From an uncultured Nitrospiraceae bacterium (GTDB lineage: Bacteria; Nitrospirota; Thermodesulfovibrionia; Thermodesulfovibrionales; SM23-35), in the NCBI GenBank assembly GCA_963727775.1, contig CAVSHB010000001.1:1312001-1376000 (forward strand): a stretch of 64,000 bases of DNA. The letters run 5' to 3'. Under the pieces are notes generated by a model. The model saw nothing but the letters and a program-made list of their open reading frames with translations. It did not search any database and was not told where the DNA came from. Both the position numbers and the translations under genes were made by a program. Positions 1 through 10,182 of the stretch are shown here, in pieces; within the stretch, counting starts at the first letter, position 1, and every line of letters begins with the position of its first letter.

Positions 1-612
1 TGGAGCCGGAAAACCGGAAGTAATGATGTAGTTTATTATTCCTTGCTCATTACTTCCGGTCTTTGCTTTATTGTGACACTGTTTATGGCCTTTTTCTTCA
101 GGGACCCTGAAAGGACAGTCCCTGCCGGAGAAGGTCTCTTTGTAGCACCTGCCGATGGGAAGGTCATACTCATAAAAGATGTCTACGAAAAAGATTACCT
201 GAACTCCGACATGAAAGAGATAAGCATTTTCATGTCGCCGCTTGATGTGCACGTCAATCGTGCGCCGTGTGACGGAAAAGTGAGTATCGTGAAATACTCC
301 CCCGGGAAGTATATGGCCGCGTATAAGGAAGAATCATCTCTCAAAAACGAGAATATAGTCATGGTCCTTGATTGCGCAAAGGGAAGAGTGCTTGTGAGAC
401 AGGTTGCGGGTTTTCTGGCGAGAAGGGCAGTATGCAGGGCAAAGGTGGGCGATATGCTGCAGCGCGGCGAAAGGTATGGGATTATAAAGTTTAGTTCAAG
501 GCTCGATGTCTATCTGCCCGTAACCGCAAACATTACAGTGAAACCTGGTGATCGGGTAAAGGCCGGGGAGTCCGTGATTGCAAACATTACAACCGCTCTC
601 CCTTTAAATTAA
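1..612 (+). CDS. psd: Phosphatidylserine decarboxylase proenzyme (5' end probably outside window)
   Basis: Frame is open from base 1. Motifs FFRDPER, APADGKV, IFMSPLDVHVNRAP and GERYGIIKFSSRLD. Confidence 0.93.
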   Translation, partial: WSRKTGSNDVVYYSLLITSGLCFIVTLFMAFFFRDPERTVPAGEGLFVAPADGKVILIKDVYEKDYLNSDMKEISIFMSPLDVHVNRAPCDGKVSIVKYSPGKYMAAYKEESSLKNENIVMVLDCAKGRVLVRQVAGFLARRAVCRAKVGDMLQRGERYGIIKFSSRLDVYLPVTANITVKPGDRVKAGESVIANITTALPLN

Positions 613-775
613 GCAAGACGCCTGAACGTGGGTATTTTTCAACTGACTAATTAATGAAAATACTTGCTTCATCAAACATTTCAGACTCATAATATTTCTA
701 ACGCATATTATTCATGAATTTTTTGATGTATATGGCGGATATACTGTTTTCGCTCAATTGATATTTGGTAGGATT

Positions 776-1516
776 ATGGATGAATTAATTTATCATACAC
801 AACGTAGCATTAAACTTGCCTATTTAGGAGTTTCGAATTTATCTAAGGACATATTCTATTTAGACGGTATGTCTAGTCCTAAGGTAAGGGCTTTTCTTAA
901 TAATCTATGCGAAAGAGAAGGCACAAGATATCTCGAAATAGGATCATGGAAAGGGTCAACTCTCATTAGTGCATTATATGCTAATGAGCAAATGGTAGAT
1001 TTAGCCATTGGAATTGATAATTTCACCGAATTTGCCGACTTAGGGACTACTATAAACCTTATCAGTATCTCTCAAGACACTCTTGACCGAAGAAGATCTC
1101 CACAGCAAAAACATCCACGTGAGTGTTGTAGAGAAAATATTGATAGATTTTTGAGAAAACCGCTAAACTTACATTTCTACGATAATGACTGTTTTTCATC
1201 AGTGTTTATAGATGCACTTAAGCAACACCATCCGCAGGCGCACATCAATGTATATTTATTTGATGGTGAACACACTGAATCATCTCAATATTCAGGTTTC
1301 ACAGAATACGATTTCATATTAGATGATACATTCATTGCTATTATTGATGACTGGAACTGGGAGGAAGTTAAGGTTGGCACACGCAGAGCATTCGCTGATT
1401 TAAGATACAAAGTTCTAAAGGAGTGGGAGTTGCCAGGTAAAGGCACCAATGATATAGAAAACTGGTGGAATGGGTTATACGTAGCTGTTGTACAGAAGAT
1501 AAAGGAAAGACAATAA
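776..1516 (+). CDS. Class I SAM-dependent methyltransferase (Methyltransf_24-like)
   Basis: YLEIGSWKGST, IGIDNF, LFDGEH and IIDDWNW motifs. ATG at 776 (ORF track starts at TTG 758). Visibly AT-rich. Confidence 0.8.
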   Translation: MDELIYHTQRSIKLAYLGVSNLSKDIFYLDGMSSPKVRAFLNNLCEREGTRYLEIGSWKGSTLISALYANEQMVDLAIGIDNFTEFADLGTTINLISISQDTLDRRRSPQQKHPRECCRENIDRFLRKPLNLHFYDNDCFSSVFIDALKQHHPQAHINVYLFDGEHTESSQYSGFTEYDFILDDTFIAIIDDWNWEEVKVGTRRAFADLRYKVLKEWELPGKGTNDIENWWNGLYVAVVQKIKERQ

Positions 1517-1876
1517 AAGTCCTATTCAATCTCGGGACACACTGTGTTGAATCTCGAAGAAGAATCGCTGGACGCTGGATTTTTGAGGATGCATATGATG
1601 AGAATCCTGACTCCAGAATACCTTTGGACATTTTATCTTTACAAATTCATTGAGCATTCCAATTCTGTACAGTTCTGCTATAAATTGAGACTGCTGAAAA
1701 AATTCTTTAGAGTTCCTCTATTTTTATTCTCTCTATTTTTTTTTAAAACATATCCATTAGCATTGTGAATCTCTGGATATGTTCGATGAGGAATCAACTG
1801 AGGCGAAAATCCCATAGCGACATAAGAATTAAAAAGCCGAAAATTACTTTATAATCAAATTGCGCAACTTGAAACC

Positions 1877-1903
1877 ACTGGATTTCCGTTTCCACCGGAA
1901 TGA
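1877..1903 (+). repeat. Degenerate REP-like palindrome
   Basis: CTGGATTTCCGTTTCCACCGGAATGAC resembles the widespread CTGGATTCCCGC..GCGGGAATGAC intergenic repeat. Confidence 0.45.
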
Positions 1904-1966
1904 CGACCTTTGCACCATAGAACTTTATAAACAAGCTCTAAATAAAATAACGGCCAAGACGGTTCA

Positions 1967-2848
1967 CTACATGGCCTTTTTCATTTGCTCAAGGTTGTAC
2001 TTCATGAGGCCTAAATACGTGTCACGCCCCGGAAGCCCGCCTTCAGGGTCAAGCATGATAACCTTCACCCCGGCCTCGCGCGCTATAACCTCGGCGGCTT
2101 TGGGATTAAACTGCGCTTCGGCAAAGACCGCTCTGATATGATAGTCCTTAATGGATTTTACAATCGCCTGTAGTTTCCTGGGTGTCGGCTCTTTGCCGGG
2201 CGATTCCTCTATTACTCCAACACTCTGAAGACCGTAGCGCAGGGCAAAGTAATCCCAGGCGGGATGAAAGCTCACGAAATTCTTTATTCTGAAGCTCGCA
2301 ACGGTCTTTCTGATCTCAGCGTCGAGTGTCTGAAGCTTTAAAAGATACTCGGCGCTCCGCTTGCGGTAACTCTCTGCGCCCGGGGGGTCTGCTTCTTCGA
2401 GGACCTTCGCGATCTTTTTGACCATTATTGCGGCAAGATTCGGGTCGAGCCAGACATGGGGGTTGCCTATTTCGTGCTCGTGGCCATGTCCGCTTTCTTT
2501 CAGGAGTTTTAAACCTTCTGAAAGGATGATGACCCTGATATTTTCTTTTGATGTTTTCACGAGCTTTTCCGCCCAGAAATCGAGCCCTGCGCCTATCTCA
2601 AAAAAGAGTCTTGACTTTGATAGTGCCTTTGCGATCCCGAATGTCGGCTCAAAGACGTGAGGGCTTGCTCCCGGCGGCAGCAGCACCAGCACTTCCACAC
2701 GGTCACCGCCCACCTGTCTTACCATGTCTCCGATCGGAGAGATACTTGCGGCGACCTTCAACTGCTCTGCAAAGGCGCTTGAGACGCTCAGGATAAAGGT
2801 GAAGAGAAAAACAGTCATCAACGCTTGCCTTTTCATAACTTGCATCAT
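1967..2848 (-). CDS. Metal (Zn/Mn) ABC transporter substrate-binding protein, ZnuA/TroA family
   Basis: Signal peptide, PGASPHVFEP, His-rich loop GHGHEHE, NPHVWLDP, FHPAWDYF. Confidence 0.92.
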   Translation of the reverse strand: MMQVMKRQALMTVFLFTFILSVSSAFAEQLKVAASISPIGDMVRQVGGDRVEVLVLLPPGASPHVFEPTFGIAKALSKSRLFFEIGAGLDFWAEKLVKTSKENIRVIILSEGLKLLKESGHGHEHEIGNPHVWLDPNLAAIMVKKIAKVLEEADPPGAESYRKRSAEYLLKLQTLDAEIRKTVASFRIKNFVSFHPAWDYFALRYGLQSVGVIEESPGKEPTPRKLQAIVKSIKDYHIRAVFAEAQFNPKAAEVIAREAGVKVIMLDPEGGLPGRDTYLGLMKYNLEQMKKAM

Positions 2849-2894
2849 TATAACAGGTTCAAAATATGTGCAGAAAGAATTATTTCAAACAGAG

Positions 2895-2908
2895 GCAGGC
2901 TATTTGCA
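2895..2908 (-). promoter_or_regulatory. Candidate Zur-type operator (TGCAA-N5-CTGC)
   Basis: Imperfect palindrome upstream of the znuA-like gene. A similar site lies at 53154-53167 upstream of the second metal ABC locus. Confidence 0.35.
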
Positions 2909-3027
2909 TTGAACCCTTATTTTGAAATCTGTTTGTGAAATGATAATATAAAATTACGTTTCCGGCATGTGGTAGTAATTTTTTCACATCTTGATTGATA
3001 ATTAATAAACACATCGGAGGAGTATAT

Positions 3028-3687
3028 ATGAGTGAAGGATCAAAAGGAGCTATTCTTCAGAGAGACAAAAAAACATATGCCATAGTGCCCAGAATCCCTA
3101 TGGGTATTCTGACCCCTGAGATTCTTGAGAAACTGGCAGAGGTCTCACGTAAATATAACGTGAGAATAATCAAGATAACCTCGGGACAGCGTATTGCGCT
3201 TGTCGGGGTAAACCCGGAGGATGTTGAGAAGGCATGGAAGGACCTCGGGACGGAAGTCGGCCCCGCGGAGGGATTGTGCGTTCATTATGTTCAGGCATGT
3301 CCCGGGACTTCAACCTGCAAGTTCGGCCAGGGGGATTCTCTCGGACTTGCCGCAAAGATCGAAAAGATGTATGTCGGCAAAGAGGGCGTTATCCCTGCCA
3401 AAACAAAATTCGGCATTTCGGGTTGCAGGCTTAACTGCGCTGAAAGTTATCTGAGAGACTTCGGGTTTTTTGCAGCGCCGGACGGGTGGGTCATTGTGGT
3501 GGGCGGCAATTCAGGCGGCAGGCCACGCATCGGTAATGTGGTTGCAGAAAAGCTTTCTGATGAGGAGGCCCTTGAACTGATAAAAAAATGCATCGATTAT
3601 TATGCAAAAAATGCTAAACCGAGAGAAAGAATGCCGCGTTTTATAGAGCGTACAGGGATAGAAGAGTTTAAAAAGGCGGTACTTTGA
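3028..3687 (+). CDS. Nitrite/sulfite reductase ferredoxin-like plus 4Fe-4S/siroheme domain protein
   Basis: GAILQRDK, KITSGQRI, CPGTSTC and SGCRLNC motifs. RBS GGAGGAG before ATG 3028. Confidence 0.88.
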   Translation: MSEGSKGAILQRDKKTYAIVPRIPMGILTPEILEKLAEVSRKYNVRIIKITSGQRIALVGVNPEDVEKAWKDLGTEVGPAEGLCVHYVQACPGTSTCKFGQGDSLGLAAKIEKMYVGKEGVIPAKTKFGISGCRLNCAESYLRDFGFFAAPDGWVIVVGGNSGGRPRIGNVVAEKLSDEEALELIKKCIDYYAKNAKPRERMPRFIERTGIEEFKKAVL

Positions 3688-3872
3688 GCGGAATAATGGC
3701 AGGCATATATGCGGAAAAATCTTCACAAATCGCAATTTGACTCTGATGGAAACCTGTCCATATAACGAAAATCCGAAGGCATTTCCATCGGGATTTGTCT
3801 TGCAAAGGTGGCGAAGTAAATCTTTTTCCGCACATCTGCCTGCCATATTATTTTGGAATAAAATATTCTGGG

Positions 3873-4205
3873 TTAACGTCTGCGGCGGGTTGATTCTTTC
3901 TTGAAACCGTCGATGAAGTGTGAAAGCGCTAACAATGGATGTCGGTACACTGTTCGGGGACCGGAGTATCTCATCACTTCTTTAATTTTTTCTCTCATAA
4001 CCGGCTTATAACAATGTATCCTGCAGTTTCCGCATGATGTTTTGCCTTCCTGAAAAGGACATCTGTCAAGCCTTTGCTTTGCATAATCAAGAAGTTCTCT
4101 GCAATCGGTACAGAGTTCGTTACGGGTTTCATGCCGGTTATGGCAATAGATTTTCAGCATTGCCTTAACAGTACTTCTCTCCCTCGTCATTCTGCTTTTT
4201 TTCAT
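3873..4205 (-). CDS. YgbA family (nitrous oxide-stimulated promoter) protein
   Basis: IYC..H, RLDRCP, CGNCRIHCY and VMRYSGPR motifs. Confidence 0.88.
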   Translation of the reverse strand: MKKSRMTRERSTVKAMLKIYCHNRHETRNELCTDCRELLDYAKQRLDRCPFQEGKTSCGNCRIHCYKPVMREKIKEVMRYSGPRTVYRHPLLALSHFIDGFKKESTRRRR

Positions 4206-4214
4206 GGAGGGCCG

Positions 4215-6656
4215 CTAACTGTAGAGTAAATATTTCGATCTTATTTTTTTAAAATGATTAAGGTCCTTCTGCCATTCAAGAAGGATGGAATGCGGGTCTT
4301 GATTATTCTTGATTTCCTGTAGGATCTGCTGCGATCCGATCAGGCCGACGGTTTTATTGAGCTGGAAATTTTTCGGATAAAGTTTGGCGAGAGCGCTGAT
4401 AATTTCGATTCCAAGGACAGTGGGATCGAGTGAAAAGCGGTCTTTCAGTATGATGCGAACACCATGGCATTTCTTTTTCCCCAATTTATCATTTTTAGGC
4501 ATAAAATCAACAGGCGTAAAGCTTATGCCTGCGATCTTTCGTTTGTTCAGGTAGAAGGCGAGTTTTTTGGACTGGATCCAGGGAGCGCCGACGACCTCAA
4601 ATGGGGTATTCGTACCTCTGCCTACGCTCACATTTGAGCCTTCAGCCAGCGCTACTCCGGGATAGAGAATTGCCTCTTTCAGATTGCGCACGTTCGGTGA
4701 CGGATTCACCCAGGGCAGACCTGTTTCATCATACCAGTATGAACGCCTGTAGCCGTTCATTTTAATAACATGTACTTTCGCGCCGATCTTATTTTCGGCA
4801 TTGAACATCTCCGCCAATTCACCCACTGTCATACCGTGACGGACAGGGAGTGGAAAGTATCCGGTAAATGATTTCATTCGTTCATCCATAATCGGGCCCT
4901 GAACATATAAGGCATTGAGGGGATTCGGACGGTCGAGAACGTAAAAGGCTATTCCCTTTCTTGCGGCGGCTTCCATTGCATAGGCCATTGTGGTGATATA
5001 GGTATAAAAACGTACGCCTATGTCCTGGACATCGAAGACCAGAGCGTCAAGACCGTCAAGCATTTCTTCTGAAGGACGCAGGGTCTTGCCATATAAGCTG
5101 TAAACAGGCAACCCCGTAATGGAATCCATGGTTGATGACACTTTTTTATCAGAGTTGCCGGACAGGCCGTGTTCCGGACTGAACAATGCCACAAGCTTTA
5201 TGCCCGGTGCTTTATAAAGCAGGTCCGCAGTACGTCTCCCTGCAAAATCAATCCCGGAATGATTTGTGATAAGACCGATGCGAAGTCCGTCGAGAGGCTT
5301 AAATTCTTCTTTCTCTAATACATCGATCCCGCTCGCAACCTTACTGTTGTGCGTTTTATTTAACCGGCTGTTTTTTGAAATCTCAGAATAATTTATCAAG
5401 GACGGTATGCATGCAAGAACTCTATCTTCCGTGAGATGTCCCCGGGTCTTCGAGACCAAAGATATAATTTCTCTGCGCAACGGGTCCGCATCACCTTTTC
5501 CGTTTGGGTGGACTCTATTGGTAAGGATGATAATATAAGTGTCCGTGACAGGGTCAATCCATATTAGAGTACCTGTGAAGCCTTTATGCCCGTAAGAACC
5601 TGCCGGGAATAATTCATCGCGGTTGGAGGCAAATGGAGAAGCAATGTTCCAGCCCAGGCCCCTCAGAGGTGTCTTGCCCGGCGGAGAATGGGGCATTGTC
5701 ATCTGCTCAACCATGTGGGGACCAAGTATCTTTACGCCGTTAAAAGATCCTCCGGCCAGGAGCATTCTTGCAAAGGTAGAGAGGTCGTCAGCAGTAGAAA
5801 AAAGCCCGGCGTGGCCTGCTACGCCCCCCATCCTGTTACAGGCGGGATCGTGTGCTTCACCCTGGAGCAATTCTCCTGAGTGTCCGTTTCTGTATTGGGT
5901 TGGAGCTATGCGGTTTCGTTGAGACAGGGCAGGGCTGAAGGAAGTGTCTTTCATCCCGAGGGGTTTGAAAATATGCTCTGAGCAGTACGCATCCAACGGC
6001 ATACCGGAAACTCTGCGGACGAGTTCGCCGAGAATCTCGAAATTGATGTCACTGTAAACAAAACCGGTACCTGGAGGTGAGAGAGGCTTTTCTTCAACGA
6101 TCATATTCAGTGCCGTGTCATATCCCTGCAATTCCGGCTTAAGATCAAGATCAGGCCGGAGTCCCGAATAATGGGTAAGAAGTTCCATCACCGTAATCCT
6201 GTCCTTGCCGTTGACCTTAAACTCCGGCCAGTATTTTGCAACAGGTTTTTCCAATTGTAGTTTTCCATCCTCTACAAGCTGCATTACTGCCGTAGTGGTG
6301 GCGATTACCTTTGTAAGGGAGGCCAGGTCAAAGATGGTATTTTCAGTCATGGGCGATTTTTTTGGTTTGGTTGCCTTATTGCCGAATGCCTTGCGGTAAA
6401 GTACTTTGTTGCGATTGCCGATAAGGACAACAGCTCCCGGTATTCTGCCTTTTCGAATTTCTCTATTGACAATAGCGGAGATCGGCGTCAATTGCTTTGT
6501 CCGCAGGGTCGGAACAACATGAATAATATCTTCTTTCGCCTGAGCAAAAGATGCGTACATAACAACTGTTACAATGAGTGCGCAAAATATTAACGTCAGG
6601 AAAATGTGGCGCGCCCGTTTCATTTTATTTTTAGGGCTTGGCATCCTTATGTCCAC
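4215..6656 (-). CDS. Beta-lactamase-family serine hydrolase fused to NamZ/DUF1343 exo-beta-N-acetylmuramidase
   Basis: N-half: FDLASLTK (SxxK), LLTHYSG, YSD, GHKGFTG. C-half: GLITNHSG, FSPEHG, DVQDIGVRFYTY, DRPNP, SVGRGT. Confidence 0.9.
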   Translation of the reverse strand: MDIRMPSPKNKMKRARHIFLTLIFCALIVTVVMYASFAQAKEDIIHVVPTLRTKQLTPISAIVNREIRKGRIPGAVVLIGNRNKVLYRKAFGNKATKPKKSPMTENTIFDLASLTKVIATTTAVMQLVEDGKLQLEKPVAKYWPEFKVNGKDRITVMELLTHYSGLRPDLDLKPELQGYDTALNMIVEEKPLSPPGTGFVYSDINFEILGELVRRVSGMPLDAYCSEHIFKPLGMKDTSFSPALSQRNRIAPTQYRNGHSGELLQGEAHDPACNRMGGVAGHAGLFSTADDLSTFARMLLAGGSFNGVKILGPHMVEQMTMPHSPPGKTPLRGLGWNIASPFASNRDELFPAGSYGHKGFTGTLIWIDPVTDTYIIILTNRVHPNGKGDADPLRREIISLVSKTRGHLTEDRVLACIPSLINYSEISKNSRLNKTHNSKVASGIDVLEKEEFKPLDGLRIGLITNHSGIDFAGRRTADLLYKAPGIKLVALFSPEHGLSGNSDKKVSSTMDSITGLPVYSLYGKTLRPSEEMLDGLDALVFDVQDIGVRFYTYITTMAYAMEAAARKGIAFYVLDRPNPLNALYVQGPIMDERMKSFTGYFPLPVRHGMTVGELAEMFNAENKIGAKVHVIKMNGYRRSYWYDETGLPWVNPSPNVRNLKEAILYPGVALAEGSNVSVGRGTNTPFEVVGAPWIQSKKLAFYLNKRKIAGISFTPVDFMPKNDKLGKKKCHGVRIILKDRFSLDPTVLGIEIISALAKLYPKNFQLNKTVGLIGSQQILQEIKNNQDPHSILLEWQKDLNHFKKIRSKYLLYS

Positions 6657-7932
6657 GTTTTTTCAACCCGTCTGAAGAATAAATGTTATGAGGGTTCCAG
6701 AGCATCCAGCCGTCAGAGCCGAACTTTTCAGCGGCGTTAATCTGGTCGCGTATCTCCTTGCCTGTAAAGTGCCTTCTGTCAAAGGCATAGTCCCTGAATG
6801 CCTGCAGCCATGGCCTGAAACGGACCGCCGGCAGGTTAACTCTTTCCTGTGCCCTATTGAGTGTAAGAAAAACGATCTCATAAGGATGTGCAACAGGATT
6901 TCTGTATTGTGGTATTCCGTACTGGAACCCTGAAGGATAAAGCATTAGAGACATGTACTCAAGCGTCGCTGCAAGGTCTTCAATCCTCTGGCCGATCTTT
7001 GTATCATTTTGATTCCACGATACATATCCGAATATATCGGCATCAAGAAAAACATTATAGGGAGCAAGCCTTCTTTTTGCTTCCGCTAGAAATCCGTAAA
7101 TGGCCTTCACCCTGCTTTCCTCCGTACTTTCCTGAGAAAACTTGAGTCCGCCGGCGTCGGGAAACCGCACATAATCAAACTGTATCTCATCAAACCCGTA
7201 CCGGGCCGCCTCAACAGCGATATCTATATTATAATCCCAAACCTTTGTTTTAAACGGGTCAACCCACGCAAGGGTTTCCCTGTCCTGCCATATCCGGCCG
7301 TCTTTGTGAATAGCCAGTTCAGGCTTTGCAAGGGCCAATGGATTATCTTTGAACACAACAATACGCGCTATTGTATAAATACCTTTTTCCCGCAAAGATT
7401 TTATCAGACCTTTCATGTCTTTTACTGTTGTTATTTTCTGGGCGCCGATTTCCGAGGCAAGGGGTACGGAGCTCTTAAAAGGTATAAAACCTCTGTCCCC
7501 TTTTATATCAATAACAAGGGCGTTGAGTTCGGTCTCTTCAATGAGCTTTAGCGCAGCCTCACGAAGCTTTTTGCTTCCAACGCCATAAACGGTAAGATAG
7601 AGTGCTTTCGGAGTAAATGGCACAAGCTTTATCTCAAGACGCGTAGTAACGAGAGGCGTGGCGATAACCTGCTCTGCTCTCAAGTATCCATAAGCTCTTA
7701 CCGCTATCTTTGCCCCAGTTGTTTTGAAGACGAACATGCCTTTTTCATCGGTAGTTACAACCTGGCTATTCATAGTGACGATAGCGCCGCCTATCGGCCT
7801 GTTCGTAAAATAATCGACTACTCTGCCGCTTGTGTAAGTTACGGCGGCAACGGGTTTCGTTGCACATGCCACAGACATGAATAAGGACATGAGAGCTAAA
7901 ACGAACGTGAAGACTTTGAGTTTGTTATTCAT
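6631..7932 (-). CDS. Putative glycoside hydrolase (DUF4015-like), exported
   Basis: NALVIDIKGDRG, IARIVVFKD, GFDEIQFDYVRFPD and RPWLQAF motifs. N-terminal signal peptide and a short Ig-like domain. Confidence 0.85.
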   Translation of the reverse strand: MNNKLKVFTFVLALMSLFMSVACATKPVAAVTYTSGRVVDYFTNRPIGGAIVTMNSQVVTTDEKGMFVFKTTGAKIAVRAYGYLRAEQVIATPLVTTRLEIKLVPFTPKALYLTVYGVGSKKLREAALKLIEETELNALVIDIKGDRGFIPFKSSVPLASEIGAQKITTVKDMKGLIKSLREKGIYTIARIVVFKDNPLALAKPELAIHKDGRIWQDRETLAWVDPFKTKVWDYNIDIAVEAARYGFDEIQFDYVRFPDAGGLKFSQESTEESRVKAIYGFLAEAKRRLAPYNVFLDADIFGYVSWNQNDTKIGQRIEDLAATLEYMSLMLYPSGFQYGIPQYRNPVAHPYEIVFLTLNRAQERVNLPAVRFRPWLQAFRDYAFDRRHFTGKEIRDQINAAEKFGSDGWMLWNPHNIYSSDGLKKRGHKDAKP

Positions 7933-7956
7933 TTTTTCCTGATTTATACCTTTCTG

Positions 7957-8808
7957 TTAATAAATTATATTTCGCCGGGGTGAATTTCCTTCCAGTATCC
8001 TGCCGAAAACATTTGCTTTATCTGCATTGATCATAATGTAACGGGGCAAAGCCATGATATTGTCGGAAGGACTTGTATGCCGCCGTTCAATCGTGAATGC
8101 AGCGATATAGCCTGCCCCGGACGCTCTTTTTTCAAGCCATTCATCATAAATGCCGAAAGGCCATGCAAGCATATCAACTTTAATCCCGAGCTTTTTCTCC
8201 AGTTTTTCTTTTGATTTCTTAAGCTGCATATCCGCGAACTTTTCATATTCGGAGGGAGACAACTTTTTTTTATCCTTCTTGAAATTAGGGTGCCAGTAAG
8301 TGTGCGACTGGATATCGCAAAGACCTGTTTTCCGTATCTCGCCGAGTTGGCGCCATGTCATGGCATATGATGCATTCGATATGGCGGAGGGGTATATAAA
8401 AAGCGTTACGGGAAAACGATATTTTTTTATCAACGGGAGCATAACCGAATAGACGGATTTGTGCCCGTCATCAGCGGCAATTACCACCGACTTTGGCGGT
8501 GGAGGCGATCCTTTGCCGAGGTAGAAATTTATAAGATGTCTCAAAGGTATTACCGTATAACCGTTGTCCTTCAGATATTTCAGGTGCGCCTCGAAAACAG
8601 GCGTTGTGACAGTCATACTGTCGGCAACCGTCGGACCGAAGCGGTGATAAAGAAGAATCGGCACCCTTACCTGGGGACGAACATCTTTATTATCACGCGC
8701 ATCCAACTCTGTCGGCAGAAATGAAGATAGACAAAGGATAAGAACAAATATTATTTTAGCATAAAAAATAAAGGTGGAGACTTGTTGGACCTTTAAACCC
8801 CTTTTCAA
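7957..8808 (-). CDS. Polysaccharide deacetylase (CE4)
   Basis: PILLYHRF, ADDG, QSHTYWHP and LAWPFG motifs. Confidence 0.9.
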   Translation of the reverse strand: MKRGLKVQQVSTFIFYAKIIFVLILCLSSFLPTELDARDNKDVRPQVRVPILLYHRFGPTVADSMTVTTPVFEAHLKYLKDNGYTVIPLRHLINFYLGKGSPPPPKSVVIAADDGHKSVYSVMLPLIKKYRFPVTLFIYPSAISNASYAMTWRQLGEIRKTGLCDIQSHTYWHPNFKKDKKKLSPSEYEKFADMQLKKSKEKLEKKLGIKVDMLAWPFGIYDEWLEKRASGAGYIAAFTIERRHTSPSDNIMALPRYIMINADKANVFGRILEGNSPRRNIIY

Positions 8809-8809
8809 T

Positions 8810-9307
8810 TTATCTGTAATTAATGAATTCGATATGATAATCGAACTCTTTTGCCTTAAGTGTCTGAATCACCAATTGAAGATCGTCGATCTTTTTTGCC
8901 CTGACCCGGACTTGGTCTTTCTGGATTTCTGACTGGACCTTGAGTTTCTTGTCTTTAATTATTTTCACAATCTCCTTTGCCCTCTCGGTAGATATGCCCT
9001 GCTGCAAATTAATTACCTGCCTTATGGTATCACCCGCCGCTTTTTCGGCATTGCCGAAATTTAAAGACTTCAAGGATACATTCCGTTTTACCAGCTTTGA
9101 CTTGAGGATTTCGGTCAGGCTTTGAAGCTTGTAGTCATCGTCGGCAACGAGAGTTATTTCAGCCTTGTCCTTATTGAGTTCTATGCTGCTTTTACTTCCC
9201 TTAAAGTCAAACCTCTGTGATATCTCCTTCACAGCCTGCTGCACAGCGTTTAAGACCTCCTGCATATCGACCCTGCTTACGATATCAAAAGAATGCTCAT
9301 CTGCCAT
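8810..9307 (-). CDS. yajQ: YajQ family nucleotide/c-di-GMP-binding protein
   Basis: SFDIVS, NAVQQA.KEI..RFDFKGS, QVRV..KKIDDLQ and C-terminal NYR. ATG 9307 follows GGAGG. Confidence 0.93.
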   Translation of the reverse strand: MADEHSFDIVSRVDMQEVLNAVQQAVKEISQRFDFKGSKSSIELNKDKAEITLVADDDYKLQSLTEILKSKLVKRNVSLKSLNFGNAEKAAGDTIRQVINLQQGISTERAKEIVKIIKDKKLKVQSEIQKDQVRVRAKKIDDLQLVIQTLKAKEFDYHIEFINYR

Positions 9308-9450
9308 ATGCCCCTCCATGTAAATAGGTTTATTCTGACAGTATATATTATAACCGTGAGCGATGAAAGTCGGATTTAAATTTTTTGACATTAAATTTGA
9401 GAGCTGGAAAGATTGAAGCAAATAATAATTATATTTATTATAATTACAAG

Positions 9451-10182
9451 ATGAGAAAAGGAATATATATACTTCCCAATACCCTTACGTTGTGCGGGAT
9501 GTTCATGGGATTTTATTCAATCTTGTCATCACTTAAGGGTCTTTATGTCCATGCTTCCTGGGCCATTATAATCGCCATGGTATTCGACGGGCTTGATGGC
9601 TGGGTGGCGCGACTTACAAACAGTACGACTAAGTTCGGGATTGAATTGGACTCCTTGTCGGATCTTGTCGCTTTTGGCGTTGCTCCGGCGGTGATGCTTT
9701 ACAAGTGGGCGCTCTGGCCTTTCGGAAGAATCGGGTGGTCTGCGGCTTTTTTATTTATGGCGTGCGGCGCTCTGAGACTTGCCAGATATAATGTACAGAT
9801 GGGGTCCAGAGAATCGAAATCATTCACCGGCATGCCGATTCCCGGCGCTGCGACAATTGTTGCAACGATGGTAATTTTTTATCATACGGCATGGGAGCCC
9901 ATGCCGGGGAAGAATATTTACATCTTATTATTAACATTCATTCTGGCTGTCCTTATGGTGAGCACATTGAGGTTTCACGGCGCAAAGGAGATAGACTTCA
10001 GCAGGAGGAAGCCGTTCTGGCTGCTGGTTGCGATCGTTGTGGCTTTTGCGATCGTGGTAATGCATCCCGCGGTTGCGCTTTTTATATTTGCAATGATCTA
10101 TTTAATCATCGGGGTAATTGAAAACGTCATTCTTTTTTACAGGAGAAGAAAGCAAATGAATAATGCAGGTGCAAGGCAATGA
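9451..10182 (+). CDS. pssA: CDP-diacylglycerol--serine O-phosphatidyltransferase
   Basis: LPN.LT, DGLDGWVAR, GIELDSLSDLVAFGVAP and LRLARYN motifs. Confidence 0.95.
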   Translation: MRKGIYILPNTLTLCGMFMGFYSILSSLKGLYVHASWAIIIAMVFDGLDGWVARLTNSTTKFGIELDSLSDLVAFGVAPAVMLYKWALWPFGRIGWSAAFLFMACGALRLARYNVQMGSRESKSFTGMPIPGAATIVATMVIFYHTAWEPMPGKNIYILLLTFILAVLMVSTLRFHGAKEIDFSRRKPFWLLVAIVVAFAIVVMHPAVALFIFAMIYLIIGVIENVILFYRRRKQMNNAGARQ

